From contig NC_135887.1 in NCBI RefSeq assembly GCF_964194155.1, positions 18,228,001-18,292,000 of the forward strand: 64,000 nt of DNA, given 5' to 3'. Shown here piece by piece: positions 13,761 to 24,407 of the stretch. The stretch is from Cetorhinus maximus. Its lineage: Eukaryota. How positions within the stretch are numbered: position 1 is the stretch's first letter; the number at the start of each line of letters is the position of its first letter. The translations under genes and the position numbers were made by a program. A model generated the notes under the pieces. It was not told where the DNA came from, did not search any database, and worked only from the letters and a program-made list of their open reading frames with translations.

Positions 13761-14218
13761 CTTGAATATAATATTTGGTAAATTTGGAAAATAGAGAGAA
13801 GAATATTTACAAGAAACTAAATACAAGTATAATTTCACGTGATTTTCAGGGTATTCATATTTTTGCCAAACTTTTTCTGTGGTTACTGAGTGTAATTTTA
13901 TTGCTGGGGTTGAAACGCTTCTCTGTTTTGGGTACCCCCAATCAGACAGAATAAAACACATTTACTCTATGTAGCAATGTACTTCAATCCCAAATCTGGA
14001 AGAAAGGCAAGGCATAAAAAGAGCTGGGGGGGATAACTGACAGCAGCCAACTTATACCAATACATTTTCAGGCCTTAATATCCTACGTTGCAACAGTGCA
14101 GTCAAGCTGCTTCTAGAATCCCCAGTCTTTTTTTTCCTGTTTAGATAGGCACAATGGCAAACGTGAATCCTTGAGCTGAGTGAAATAAAACCTTCAGAAG
14201 CAAAGAGCAGTTGCTTAC

Positions 14219-14390
14219 ATGACTGATCTGAAGAGATGCTATGTGGAACTAGAACAAAGTCATCTGTGTCACATGAAGAGTTCTTACTGCCACTGCTGGC
14301 AGAGTCTTTGGAAACCTGCAGATAGTTAGGTGGACCCAAAGGCGGGGAAGACAGAGTGTCCTCCTGTATGCGTTGCATATCTGGTAATGA
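14219..14390 (-). CDS. ULK2: ULK2 exon 13 (172 nt): [57 protein letters not shown], containing the LIR
   Basis: ttcag|TCATTA...AGTCAT|gtaagc. DDFVLV is the ATG8-interacting motif. Confidence 0.96.
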
Positions 14391-14756
14391 CTGAAAAAAA
14401 AACCAGATAAGTTATATTATAGTGACTATATCAGAAGGTAGTGTTACATTTTGCCTTTATAATCTTGGAGCTGCATTAATAAAATTATAAATTACAGCTT
14501 ATTCTGTTATTCTGCAAGGTTTCTTCTTGACAGAAAACAGTTTTAGATTTATGTTTGCTTAAAATATTACCCTTTAGAGGATTGTGATTGTATATCTATT
14601 TCAACACATAAAATACAAGACAAGATTAGGCTGGTCTATTTTCTCTATTTTTAATTTCTCCATTCACCACGTCACAACCAAAATTTAGGATAGTCTCTGA
14701 TGGTAATGGTACCAAAAATATATCAAAACACATAACCACTAAAAGTCTGTCTGCTA

Positions 14757-15030
14757 AGGTGAATGTAAAAGATCCTAGGACACTATTTCGAAGAAGAACA
14801 GCGGAGTTATCCCTGGTGTCCTGGCCAATATTTATCCCTCAATCAACATCACAAAAAAAAAGTTATCTGGTCATTATCACATTGCTGTTTGTGGGAGATT
14901 GCTGTGCGCAAATTAGCTGCCTTGTTGCCCACATTACAACAGTGACTACACTTCAAAAAATACTTCTTTGGCCGTAAAGCACTTTGAGGCGCCCAGTGGT
15001 CATGCAAAATGCTTTATAAATCCAAGTCAT
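14757..15030 (+). mobile_element. Deu-domain SINE (AmnSINE/SacSINE-like core and tail)
   Basis: gtaaaagatcc ... ctggccaatatttatccctca ... ttatctggtcattatcacattgctgtttgtggg ... acagtgactacacttcaaaa matches the recalled Deu core. Confidence 0.8.
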
Positions 15031-15795
15031 TTTTTTTGGATTCTTGAGTCTGTCACTGCCTTATCTGAAGAGTTGGGCACCATGTCACACAAAACTCAAG
15101 ACTGCACAGCACACCAACTTTACAGGGGAGAATTGACTTTGCCACTAAGCCAAAACATCCCATGACAAAAGATGGTGTCCCATTATCATTCACTGAATAC
15201 CCGACAAGTCACTGATATAGGGTTGATACAGCAACTGTGTTATTGATCACCTACCATTTTCAAGTTATTGGGCCATGCTCAGTAGCTACAGCGAAACACT
15301 AAAGAGGATCCAAGGGCTTGGGCAGCATTGAACCAGAAGTCTCAAATTAGAGTTTGAGGATTGCTGCTATCAAACCAAGTCTCACTTCTGTAAAGTTTAT
15401 TTTTCTACAAAGTTGTTCCATGGGAAAAAATACACAGAACCAAAAAATTCAATTTCAAAGTTTAAATATATTTGTCACAAATCACCAGGAAATCCCAGTA
15501 TGGACAAATCCAGACCTTGTATCTTCTAAGCTTGGGGGATTGTCAAAAAAATGAAGGCAGATGGTAATGAAAGATATATATTCAGGACAAGCTAAAGATG
15601 ACATAATTGGAGTCTAATTTAAATTGACAAGGTTGGCATACAAGAGAGAATGTCATCGTTCCAACTTTGCTATCCAAACTTCTGGAAACTGGCTGCCAAT
15701 GAAGAGAGGAAAAGGTTCCTTTGGTGCACCACATGATGTCTCCAATTGTATATATGCTTGGCTTAACAGAATACCGGCAAAATAGAACGGAGGTC

Positions 15796-16469
15796 GGGAC
15801 AGAATTTTCTGCCTACCGGGAGGGCAGGCAGGCCCAACCCCCAGTGGAGAAGCGGGCCCCACTGCCATTTTAAGTGGGCGGGCCAATTAAGGTCCGCCCA
15901 GCGTGACATCCACCGGGAAGCGCTATGCGCTTCCTGTGCGGGCGGGGGGTTCCCCAAAAGTGAGAGTACGCTCTTGCACACATGCGCACGAAAGAGCGCA
16001 CATCTCCCTGAGGCTAAGTGCTGCCTCAGGGAGATCGCTGTTAAAAACAGTTTTAAAAATGTTAAAAATAGAAAAAAAAAATCCTTAACATGTCCCCCTC
16101 ATGTGACAATGTCACTTGAGATGGGACATGTTCATAAATTATACTAAAACTTTATTAAACTTTTTAAATCCCTACATGAAACCTCATCCCGTCGGTGGAC
16201 GAGGTTTCATGTTTTTTCTATTGTCCCTCGGGGCTCCTGGCCTGCCCGCCAATCTTAAGGTTGGACGTGCAGGTCCTTTAATTGTTTCAATGATCCTGTC
16301 AATGGCCTCAGTTGGCAGGCCCACAACTGATTTTGCTGCAGGTTCGCCTTCCTGAAAATTTAAATGGGCCGGGATGACATCGGGGGTTCTCCCTGACGTC
16401 ATCCCGCGTTACTTTACCAGTCGGCAAGCGGGCCCTGCCCCCTGCTCGCTGACGGCAAAATTCAGCCCC
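15796..16469. mobile_element. GC-rich non-autonomous element with short imperfect TIRs and many internal hairpins
   Basis: Termini GGGACAGAATTTT and AAAATTCAGCCCC; at least seven internal inverted repeats. Confidence 0.7.
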
Positions 16470-17163
16470 AGGCTACAAACAGAAATACATAAAACAAATG
16501 TATGTGTAGGTTTATTCTACAGCTGGCTTTGATACAAAAAAATGCAAACTTAGCTGGAATACAAATTTAATTGGCATGAGCGCAAATTGGAGTTATGAAA
16601 ATAGCATCAAGCTAACTTCCCCACAAATAAGTTAAGAGCATGCCATAATTCTGCGGCCGGATTTGATTTTTATATTTGCAAGTCAACAAATTAACAATTG
16701 TTCCTGATTTATCTATTAAATGAATATTCTTTGACCTGAAATTAATGTCAGACTTACTAAATTAAAATTACTTCATATACTTGTGTAAAATCAAGTTTCT
16801 AAGGCTAAGGGCGGGACCCGCTGCTGGATTGTGAAAGGGCTTTAGGCTGGGCTGTCGAATCTCCTGCGGTGAGTCACGCCACAACAGGGCTGGAAATTCC
16901 CAGTGTAAATTTTTAGTCAAGAAGTAGGGGTTGATTTTTACAAGTAATGTTTGCGAGGGGTTGAAATCCACCCTCTCCCATTGTCTCACTATTGCAGAGT
17001 TGCCAAGTCTGTGACTGTTCCCGCCAACTCCACCTCCAAAAGTAGCACAAAAGGAGCCAAAAAGTATTTTTATTTATAAATAATAAGCTCCCTGGAGACA
17101 GACATCGATTTCAGTATACTAAATTCATCAAATTTATCAAATTCAAAGGTAAGAGCTCCTGGA

Positions 17164-17523
17164 GGGGAGGCGGTGGCATAGTGGTTTTGTCACTGGACTA
17201 GTATTCCAGAGACACAGGGTAATGCTCTGGGGACCCGGGTTCGACTCCCATCCAGATGGTGAAATTTGAACTCAATAAAAATTTGGAATTAAAATTCTGA
17301 TGATGACCATGAAACCATTGCTGATTGTTGCAAAAAACCCATCTGGTTCACTAATGTCCTTTAGGGAAGGAAACCTGACATCCTTACCTGGTCTGGCCTA
17401 TATATGACCCCAGACCCACAGCAATGTGGATGACTCTTAAATGCAACATGGGCAATTAGGGATTGGCAATAAATGCTGGCCCAACCAGCGATGCCCACGT
17501 CCCATGAATGAATAAAAAAAAAA
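17164..17523 (+). mobile_element. tRNA-derived SINE, full length
   Basis: A box TGGCATAGTGG, B box GGTTCGACTCC, LINE-like tail and poly(A); near copy at 42695-43059. Confidence 0.88.
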
Positions 17524-17559
17524 TACAAATTTATACAATTTCACTCAGTTTTTTTCATA

Positions 17560-19406
17560 GCGCTGAAAAGAATACTACTTTGCAGCAGAGCATGTACTGA
17601 ATGTGTATAAAAATCACACTCCTTCCCATTTTCAGAACCTAATAAAGTGTCTCAATCTGCTTCTTGAATGGCATCATCAGATGGATCATCAACATCATCT
17701 TCATCAGGAATCATATCATTAGCCACATCATTCCACAAATAATCATCTTCTGTGCTATCAAGTGCATTGGATATCCCATATTTCTTGAATGATTTGGTGA
17801 CAATTTCCATTCTGATTTCATCCCAGGCCTCTACAACCCATTCACAGGATTATCATCATCGGAGCCGGTTGTCGTCCGCGGTCCATCGGAATCGAGGATG
17901 ACGTCCATCAGGCTCAGTGAGACTTCAGATGACTGAACGGCCAGGTTCGGGATCCACATGTCCTTCTGCAATGGGGGCACGTTGTTGCGCAGGGGAGTGG
18001 AAATCACAGGCCAGGTTGGCTTTCTTCTCCTTCCTCTGCCGCCACCATTCCGCCTCATTGTCGAGTCGTTGAGCCTTGAAGTGGCTTGTGCCTTGTTGGA
18101 CCAGGTGGCACCATGCCGAGTGATCAGCAGCATTCTCCTCCCAGGCCTCTACAACCTAGTCACAGGATTGCCAACATCGGAGCCCAGATGCTGGCTCCCT
18201 TAGCGAATGTCTTCTTCTCCGATCATCCAGTCATTCCACTTTTTTTTAATGTTACCCTTGAAGGGCTAGCTTAGAGAGACATCCAATGTTTGAACAAGGC
18301 TGGTTAGAGCACCGGGACAGCACTATCACTGTTTTGCAACCTAGCTTCAGCAATATCATCAACAAGGTGTGATCTGAACATATCCCAGGGCCTTTATCTT
18401 TACATAATCCTCCTGGTTGGAAACTCCAAAATTTCCTCGACCATATTCCCGAGTCACCTTCATCCATTATCATGAACATAGACGACTACTCCTTTTGGGA
18501 ATTGCTGTTTTGGGAAGGGTTTTCTCTGGAATATCACCATTGGCTTAAGTTATGTCCAATCGGGCCTACGCAACAGCACAATAGTGAATCCACTCTTTTC
18601 GTGGCCAGTTGTCTTCACTAACAGTTTTCTCTCCAACTTTCCTCATCATTTTACTAGCTGACAAGTCAAAATTTGAGAGTCTTATCCATGTTCCCAATAC
18701 AGGCCAATCTGTATCCATTCTTCTGTTGATGTTTGATTATAAACCACTGAAGTTCGATAAGCCTATCATCAAGTTCTGCTATGAGACACTGAAATCTTGG
18801 TGTTCTGTCGCAGTGCAGATGGCTGATCTTCTACCTCAAAAAAGAACATAAGAAATGCTTGTTTCAGGTAGAAGATTCGGACAGATTCTTGAGAAACAAG
18901 AGTCCATTCCAACTATTTTCATTGGCGTATTTTGCAACTCATCTTTTAACTGCGGCCACATCTAGGTTTTCCTCCGTCTGCATATTTATTCTTAGGCACC
19001 CTCACAAACTGCGTACAGAGCTTCCAATCTCTAACATTCTTCCCCAATACCTTAAATTCACTAGCTGCTGAACAATTACCTATCTGCTCTGCCATCTCAA
19101 CAACTAAGTTTGAACTGGGCTATGTATCTACCGTTTTCCTTCTTGATACCATGATGCCATATTAAGAGGCGGGATTGGCAGGAACGCAGCGCACACCAGT
19201 GAGGTGGTAGCCTTGACATCACATGATGACGTGCGCAGACACGAGGAGCTGAACAGTCGCATTCAATGGTATTCTAGTCTATGATTCTATAAGCAAGTTT
19301 GACTTCAGCAGTGACCAGGTAGGAAGCACAAAGAGTTTAGATTTTTTGGCTAAAAGTTAGGATTGACTTATCCACGAGATCGACCATTATTCAAGTATAT
19401 ATGGTA
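17560..19406 (-). mobile_element. pogo/Tigger-type DNA transposon remnant (pseudogenised transposase)
   Basis: Minus frames read LCEWVVEAWDEIRMEIVTKSFKKYGISNALDSTEDDYLW and PGALTSLVQTLDVSL; 5' TIR-like TACCATATATACTTGAATAAT at 19406. Confidence 0.82.
17867..18138 (-). mobile_element. RTE-clade LINE 3' fragment inserted in the pogo remnant
   Basis: Minus frame TCPHCRRTCGSRTWPFSHLKSH* (C-terminal C2H2-like motif) preceded by a basic ...RQRKEKKAN helix; flanked by 46-bp direct repeats. Confidence 0.72.
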
Positions 19407-19583
19407 AATATAAACGATCTGAAAGTAGTAAGTCTTTACTGCAGTTTCAAATTGTTCACTTACCAATAATTATCAATTAATGAAACTAGTGAGTCAGATT
19501 AATTCATCATTCAACATCAATGGCAGAATTTTAGTCAGATGTTATGTGGAATAAATAATGCATCAATAAAATAGACTACTTAC

Positions 19584-19672
19584 AGGAGGAGAGGCAAAAT
19601 GACAAGATGGAGAGCTGCCACAAGAGCTACCAGAAACGGAACCAGGGCACGTGGGTACAGGCACAGGGCACG
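19584..19672 (-). CDS. ULK2: ULK2 exon 12 (89 nt): (S)[29 protein letters not shown]
   Basis: gcag|CGTGCC...CCTCCT|gtaagt. Confidence 0.95.
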
Positions 19673-20185
19673 CTGCAGATATAATCGTTCCAATCGTTAC
19701 GTCTAAGTACCATATTTCATTATGGCTTTGCATTAAAACATCCAATTTAATTGATCCAAATGTATTTCAAGCACGCTCCCTATCATTCAACCATGTCCTG
19801 ATTTAAACAGGGCATGATGAAGTGGCAGAATAGAAACACTGAAAGAGCAATTTCCATAATATCATGTTTCCATTTCCGTTGATGCCATTGTGTACAGTGT
19901 TAGAGCGAAGCTTGAACAAAAATGTCAGCAGTGAGAGGAGACGCTAACTACAGGTTGCTATTTTATACCTGCAACAGAAAAATACCACTCAAGTCACAGA
20001 AATGATCTTTAATGTGAAATAATGCCTTCTGCCCTCCCAATCTGTTGACCTTGATTTTGCTGTTTCCTTAGATAGGTAATTTACACCTTCCTTTTTTAAT
20101 GCAGTACACTGAGAACATTAGTTAATAAAACAATATTAGCACCATAAGCTACAGTTTAAAACTTTTAGCTTTCTTGTGCTAATTT

Positions 20186-20460
20186 ACATAGAAACATAGA
20201 AAATAGGAGCAAGAGTAGGTCATTCGGCTCTTCGAGCCTGCTCCACCATTCAATATGATCATGGCTGATCCTCTATCTCAACGCCATACTCCCACTCTCT
20301 CTCCATACTCCTTGACACCTTTAGAGTCTAGAAATCTATCTATTTCCTTCTTAAATATATTCAGGGTCTTGGTAACCACAATCTTCTGTTGTAGAGAATT
20401 CCACAGGTTCACCACCCTCTGAGTGAAGAGGTTTCTCCTCATCTCAGTCCTAAATGGATG
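20186..20460 (-). mobile_element. CR1 LINE 3' fragment
   Basis: Begins with the acatagaa acatagaa tail repeat; matches 55241-55505. Confidence 0.85.
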
Positions 20461-20570
20461 TTCAACTGCCTTCAGGCTCTAAGGACTGCTAATAAGTATG
20501 CTCATTTGGGAGAATAACTTTCAAGTGCAATACAGTTTTAGGTAGTCGTTTGGTAGTACAGACCTTAAGC

Positions 20571-21606
20571 ATTGCTGAAAAAAGAGACATTTTTGTCAAA
20601 GCCTTTCGTCTTGTACTCAGCAGGGCAATTTGCAAGAAAATACCATTGTCAGGGGAAACAATATATTTATACTGTATAAGAAGAGAATGCTGACTGGTTG
20701 GCAAGTGGACTCTCATCAGTAGAGGCATGTATATCACACAAACTCATGAACTGGCCCAAGGCCATCACTTTCAACCCTGAAAAGTGCCCAGTCCCTCACT
20801 TTGCCTTTCCAGGGTAATCTATATCAAACATTTGAGCAACAGATGACACAAGCTGTTTCACGCTGCTATGCAGTAGAAACACAAGTGGTATTTGCCACTA
20901 ACAGGATGCTGTTGTCAAGCCAAAAAGACGTTCTGCCCATCACACAAATGAGTAATGTGGTACATGAATTTCCGTGCCAGTATGATGCTAGGTATGTAGG
21001 CCGTACATTCCAAAGGCTGGCGGATCATATCAAACAGCACGTCCCAGCCGCTGTTCACCACAGACCGTATCCAACCAGCCCCTGCTTGCAAAACTCAAAA
21101 CACAGTGTCCAACATTCGGTGCGATTCTGCGATTGGACAACATTTGCTAAATAATCCTCTGTGTTAAGAATTACATTGACAATTAATTTGCGGTTGTCAG
21201 TTGAGCTCGCAGTGTGACGCACTTGCATGTAGCGGAAGCTACATATATTGATACACAAGGCTCTGTTCTTTGTAGGCAGAAAGAACATGTACACACGGTG
21301 CACCTATTTCAGTTAAACAAGTGACAGCCATTCACTAGTTAATTCCCCAGACAATGTCTTGGCTACAGCCAAGCTGCCTGATTTAAATTTCAAACAATGT
21401 TTGGCAGTTAACTGTCAGTCACCATCAACTGGTGTATTCTCCATGGCAACACTTCTACCAATGAGAGTGCACTTGCCAACCAATCAGCACTCTCTTCTCA
21501 TACAGTATAAATATGCTGTTTCCCATGGCATTGGTATTTTCTTGTGAATTGCCCTGATGAATCCAAGACAAAAAGCTTCAACAAAAAATGTCTCTTTTTC
21601 AGCAAT
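20571..21606 (+). mobile_element. Penelope-like element remnant: GIY-YIG endonuclease fragment between inverted terminal repeats
   Basis: ORF 20801-21154 has NVVHEFPCQYDARYVGRTFQRLADHIKQH; 20571-20725 is an inverted copy of 21452-21606. Confidence 0.85.
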
Positions 21607-22516
21607 ACAATTTTAAGTGTCGATATGAATGTGTCAACCAATACATAATTTTATTAACTCAAAAAATTCAGCTTAAAAGAATGGCTTAAGCCAGTGAAAG
21701 CTTTTTTAAAAAAAAGGTTGTTGCCACCATTGAAATATACAATGACAGTCAACAGGAAGAGGAAACCAACAGACAACAACAAATTGGCAAAAGCCCAAAT
21801 ATCCTTCATGATGCTCCCTCATGCAAAATTAGCATGCAAAACAAATGAATTGCAGGTGGTCACTAGCATGTATAAAATGCATACAAATTGCATCTACCTC
21901 CCTTCTTCCAAACCACATCCTCCCCAAAAAAGCTTCTCACAAAATACTCAGGAGACCACATGGACAAGACTGTCTTTGTGTGGCTGCTATTGATCATGGC
22001 TGATGGGCATGCAACATGGGAGGTACAATGTTATGATTTGTGCAACTGGATGCAAAAACAGATTAAAGAAATATTTTGAGGAAAATAGGGAGGGGTTGTG
22101 GCAGGGAAAAAAACATACTACTATTTCCAACACAGTGAGCTGGATTAAACTCAACAGCCAATTGAGATGAAGTATGATGTTCAATCAATACAAGTTGTTA
22201 ATTTCCATTGAAAGATATTGAAAGAACATCCATGTGAACATTGGACTCAAATAAGAACCCGAGTATAAATACATGTTCTGGCAGACATTATCTACCTCAA
22301 GGGGGTGATTGGCTAATTAAAGTCAGTTGCTTTGAGAGAAAGGTAGTAAATTGGTTGAAGCAAAATTTCTCTCTGCATTGCCCAAGTAGAATTTATGAAG
22401 AGAGTCAGTAATTGTTAGCTTTATCTGCCTTATAAACCAAACTAAAAGGGTGTTTGCAGCCCACAATTTAGTAAAGACCACTAACAAATTATAATAAAAC
22501 AAAACCAATGACTTAC

Positions 22517-22567
22517 ATTTTTTGACTGACAATGTTTGATCCATGAAAGGATGGTTAAAGAATGTCT
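22517..22567 (-). CDS. ULK2: ULK2 exon 11 (51 nt): (E)TFFNHPFMDQTLSVKK
   Basis: tcag|AGACAT...AAAAAT|gtaagt. End-of-kinase HPF motif, phase 1-1. Confidence 0.93.
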
Positions 22568-23259
22568 CTGAAAAACAAAAATTCAGTTTGTTTTATTCTT
22601 TGAAGCTCCTGGTTGTTTAGAGCTGCCTCTAAATCCTATGACCAAGATTTCAGTGAACAAATATTACAAGCTACAAATATATTAGTCATTTGTCTCAAAA
22701 GGTATTGTGAATATGTTTACTTTCCAGTGAAACATTGCATTTTAAACTCCACATTTGGGACTCTTATTGTACACAAATGTATATCCACAGTATCATTTAT
22801 AACACAACTGGTGATTGGAGGCAAATCAAACTGTTAGTTGGGATTAAAGTGTATAGTTCAAAGTATACTGTTAATTTTGACTGTACAGAAATCGCAAGAA
22901 CACCCATGTGAACTACAAAATTAGACTCAATTAACAACATGTGTATGAGATCCTGTATTGGCAGACATTAGACTTCCCCTAGAGGATTACTTTGTCAACC
23001 AGAGTCAGCTTCTCACGGAATGTGATATTATACTTGTGTGGGTGGGCTCCTTTGCATTGTCCAAGTAGGCCTGTAAGCAGATTGTAGTAGTAATGCAATA
23101 ATGCCATTTTTGGATGGGCCTTTCCTACCTCAAAAGTGGTGAGGAAAATTCTGGATGTGGGCAGAAAACTATGCTCCTTTGCAATGAATATGTATATCAC
23201 AAGGATAGTACATGAACTCTAATTTAACAATGTATCACACAATATTAACATAATACAAT

Positions 23260-24220
23260 GACTTGCATCTATATCATGCCTTTAACATCCAAAGATGTTC
23301 CAGCCTCCATGAAGACACTCCTTAAAACCTGCCTTTGTTCAAGGTTTTGTTCACCTGTCCCAATACCTCATGTGGCTTGGTGTTAAATTTTCTTTGATAA
23401 AGCCCCTGTCAAGCACCTTAGGAAATACTACTATGATAAATTGATACCATAAATTAAAGTTGTTACTGTTAAGGCAAGTGACCAAAAGCTTAGTCAAATA
23501 GGTAGGGTTTAAATAATGGAAATAGGTTCGATTCCTTATCTCCACTTATCACTGGCCCTCTATCCAGCTCTACTTGTCCCACCTCTTTGTCCTTTTGTCT
23601 GTGACATCTTTTGGTTATCTCCACCTATCACTGGCCCTCTATCCAGCTCTACTTGTCCCACCCCCCCTTAAGCCAGCTTATATTTCACCTCTCTTCTATT
23701 TTTACTTAGTTCTGTTGAAGGGTCATTCGGACTCGAAACGTTAACTGTGCTCCTCTCCGCAGGGTTTAAGGAGCATCTTAAAAGGATGTTGGAGAAGAGG
23801 CAGAGAAATTTAGAAGGGAATTCCTTAGGGCCTAGGCAGCTGAAGGCACGCTGCCAATCTGGAGCGATGACTACTAGGGATGCACAAGAGATCAGAATTG
23901 GAGGAGCGCAGAGATCACGGAGGGTTTTAGAGCTAGAGGAGATCACAAATGTAGAAGGGGTGAAGCCCATGGAGCAATCTGAAAACGAGCGTGAGAATTT
24001 TAAAAATAGAGGCATTGTTGGACCAGAGGCCAGTGTAGGCCAGCAGACAAAGGGATGATCTGTGAACAGGATTTTGTGTGAGTTAGGATATGGGCAGCAC
24101 TATTTTGGATGAGTTCAAAAGTTTACAGAGAGTGCAAGACCAGCCAGTGGACCATTGGAATAGTCAAGTCTACAAAAAAAAGGCATGGGTGAGCGTTTCA
24201 GCAACAGATGAACTGAGGCA
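23260..24220 (-). mobile_element. L2-like LINE 3' region interrupted by nested insertions
   Basis: Same family as 8290-8555; split at the duplicated AGGGTTTAA (23504-23512 and 23761-23769). Confidence 0.6.
23513..23760 (+). mobile_element. Penelope-type terminal-repeat fragment with an internal ~48-bp duplication and a hammerhead-like motif
   Basis: ttatctccac(t/c)tatcactggccctctatccagctctacttgtcccacc occurs twice; motif at 23708-23746. Confidence 0.65.
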
Positions 24221-24324
24221 AAGCAGTTAAAGATAACTACAGCAAGGAACTGAATGACTGAAATCAGTTAGATCTAAAACTTATTAAAGGATATGAAGTA
24301 AGGAAACTAAAACCAGAAACTCAC

Positions 24325-24407
24325 CAAAATCCATTCTGTCCTTCTGGTTTCTCTGAAGCAAGCCAAGCAATAGGCCACCCAGGTGACTAGAAGTTTCACT
24401 TGGGATG
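24325..24407 (-). CDS. ULK2: ULK2 exon 10 (83 nt): (N)[27 protein letters not shown]
   Basis: acag|CATCCC...ATTTTG|gtgagt. Confidence 0.96.

Noticed and set aside
15796-16469. CpG-island-like internal promoter
   Set aside because: It is bounded by TIR-like ends and is better explained as a repeat; no first exon is evident.
17164-17255. tRNA-like A and B boxes
   Set aside because: This is a SINE head with no complete cloverleaf, not a tRNA gene. The same applies at 41690 and 42695.
17560-19406. Domesticated pogo gene (POGK/TIGD-like) nested in the intron
   Set aside because: It has frameshifts, stops and an RTE insertion.
23536-23662. CRISPR-like direct repeat
   Set aside because: Only two copies, inside a retroelement fragment in eukaryotic DNA.
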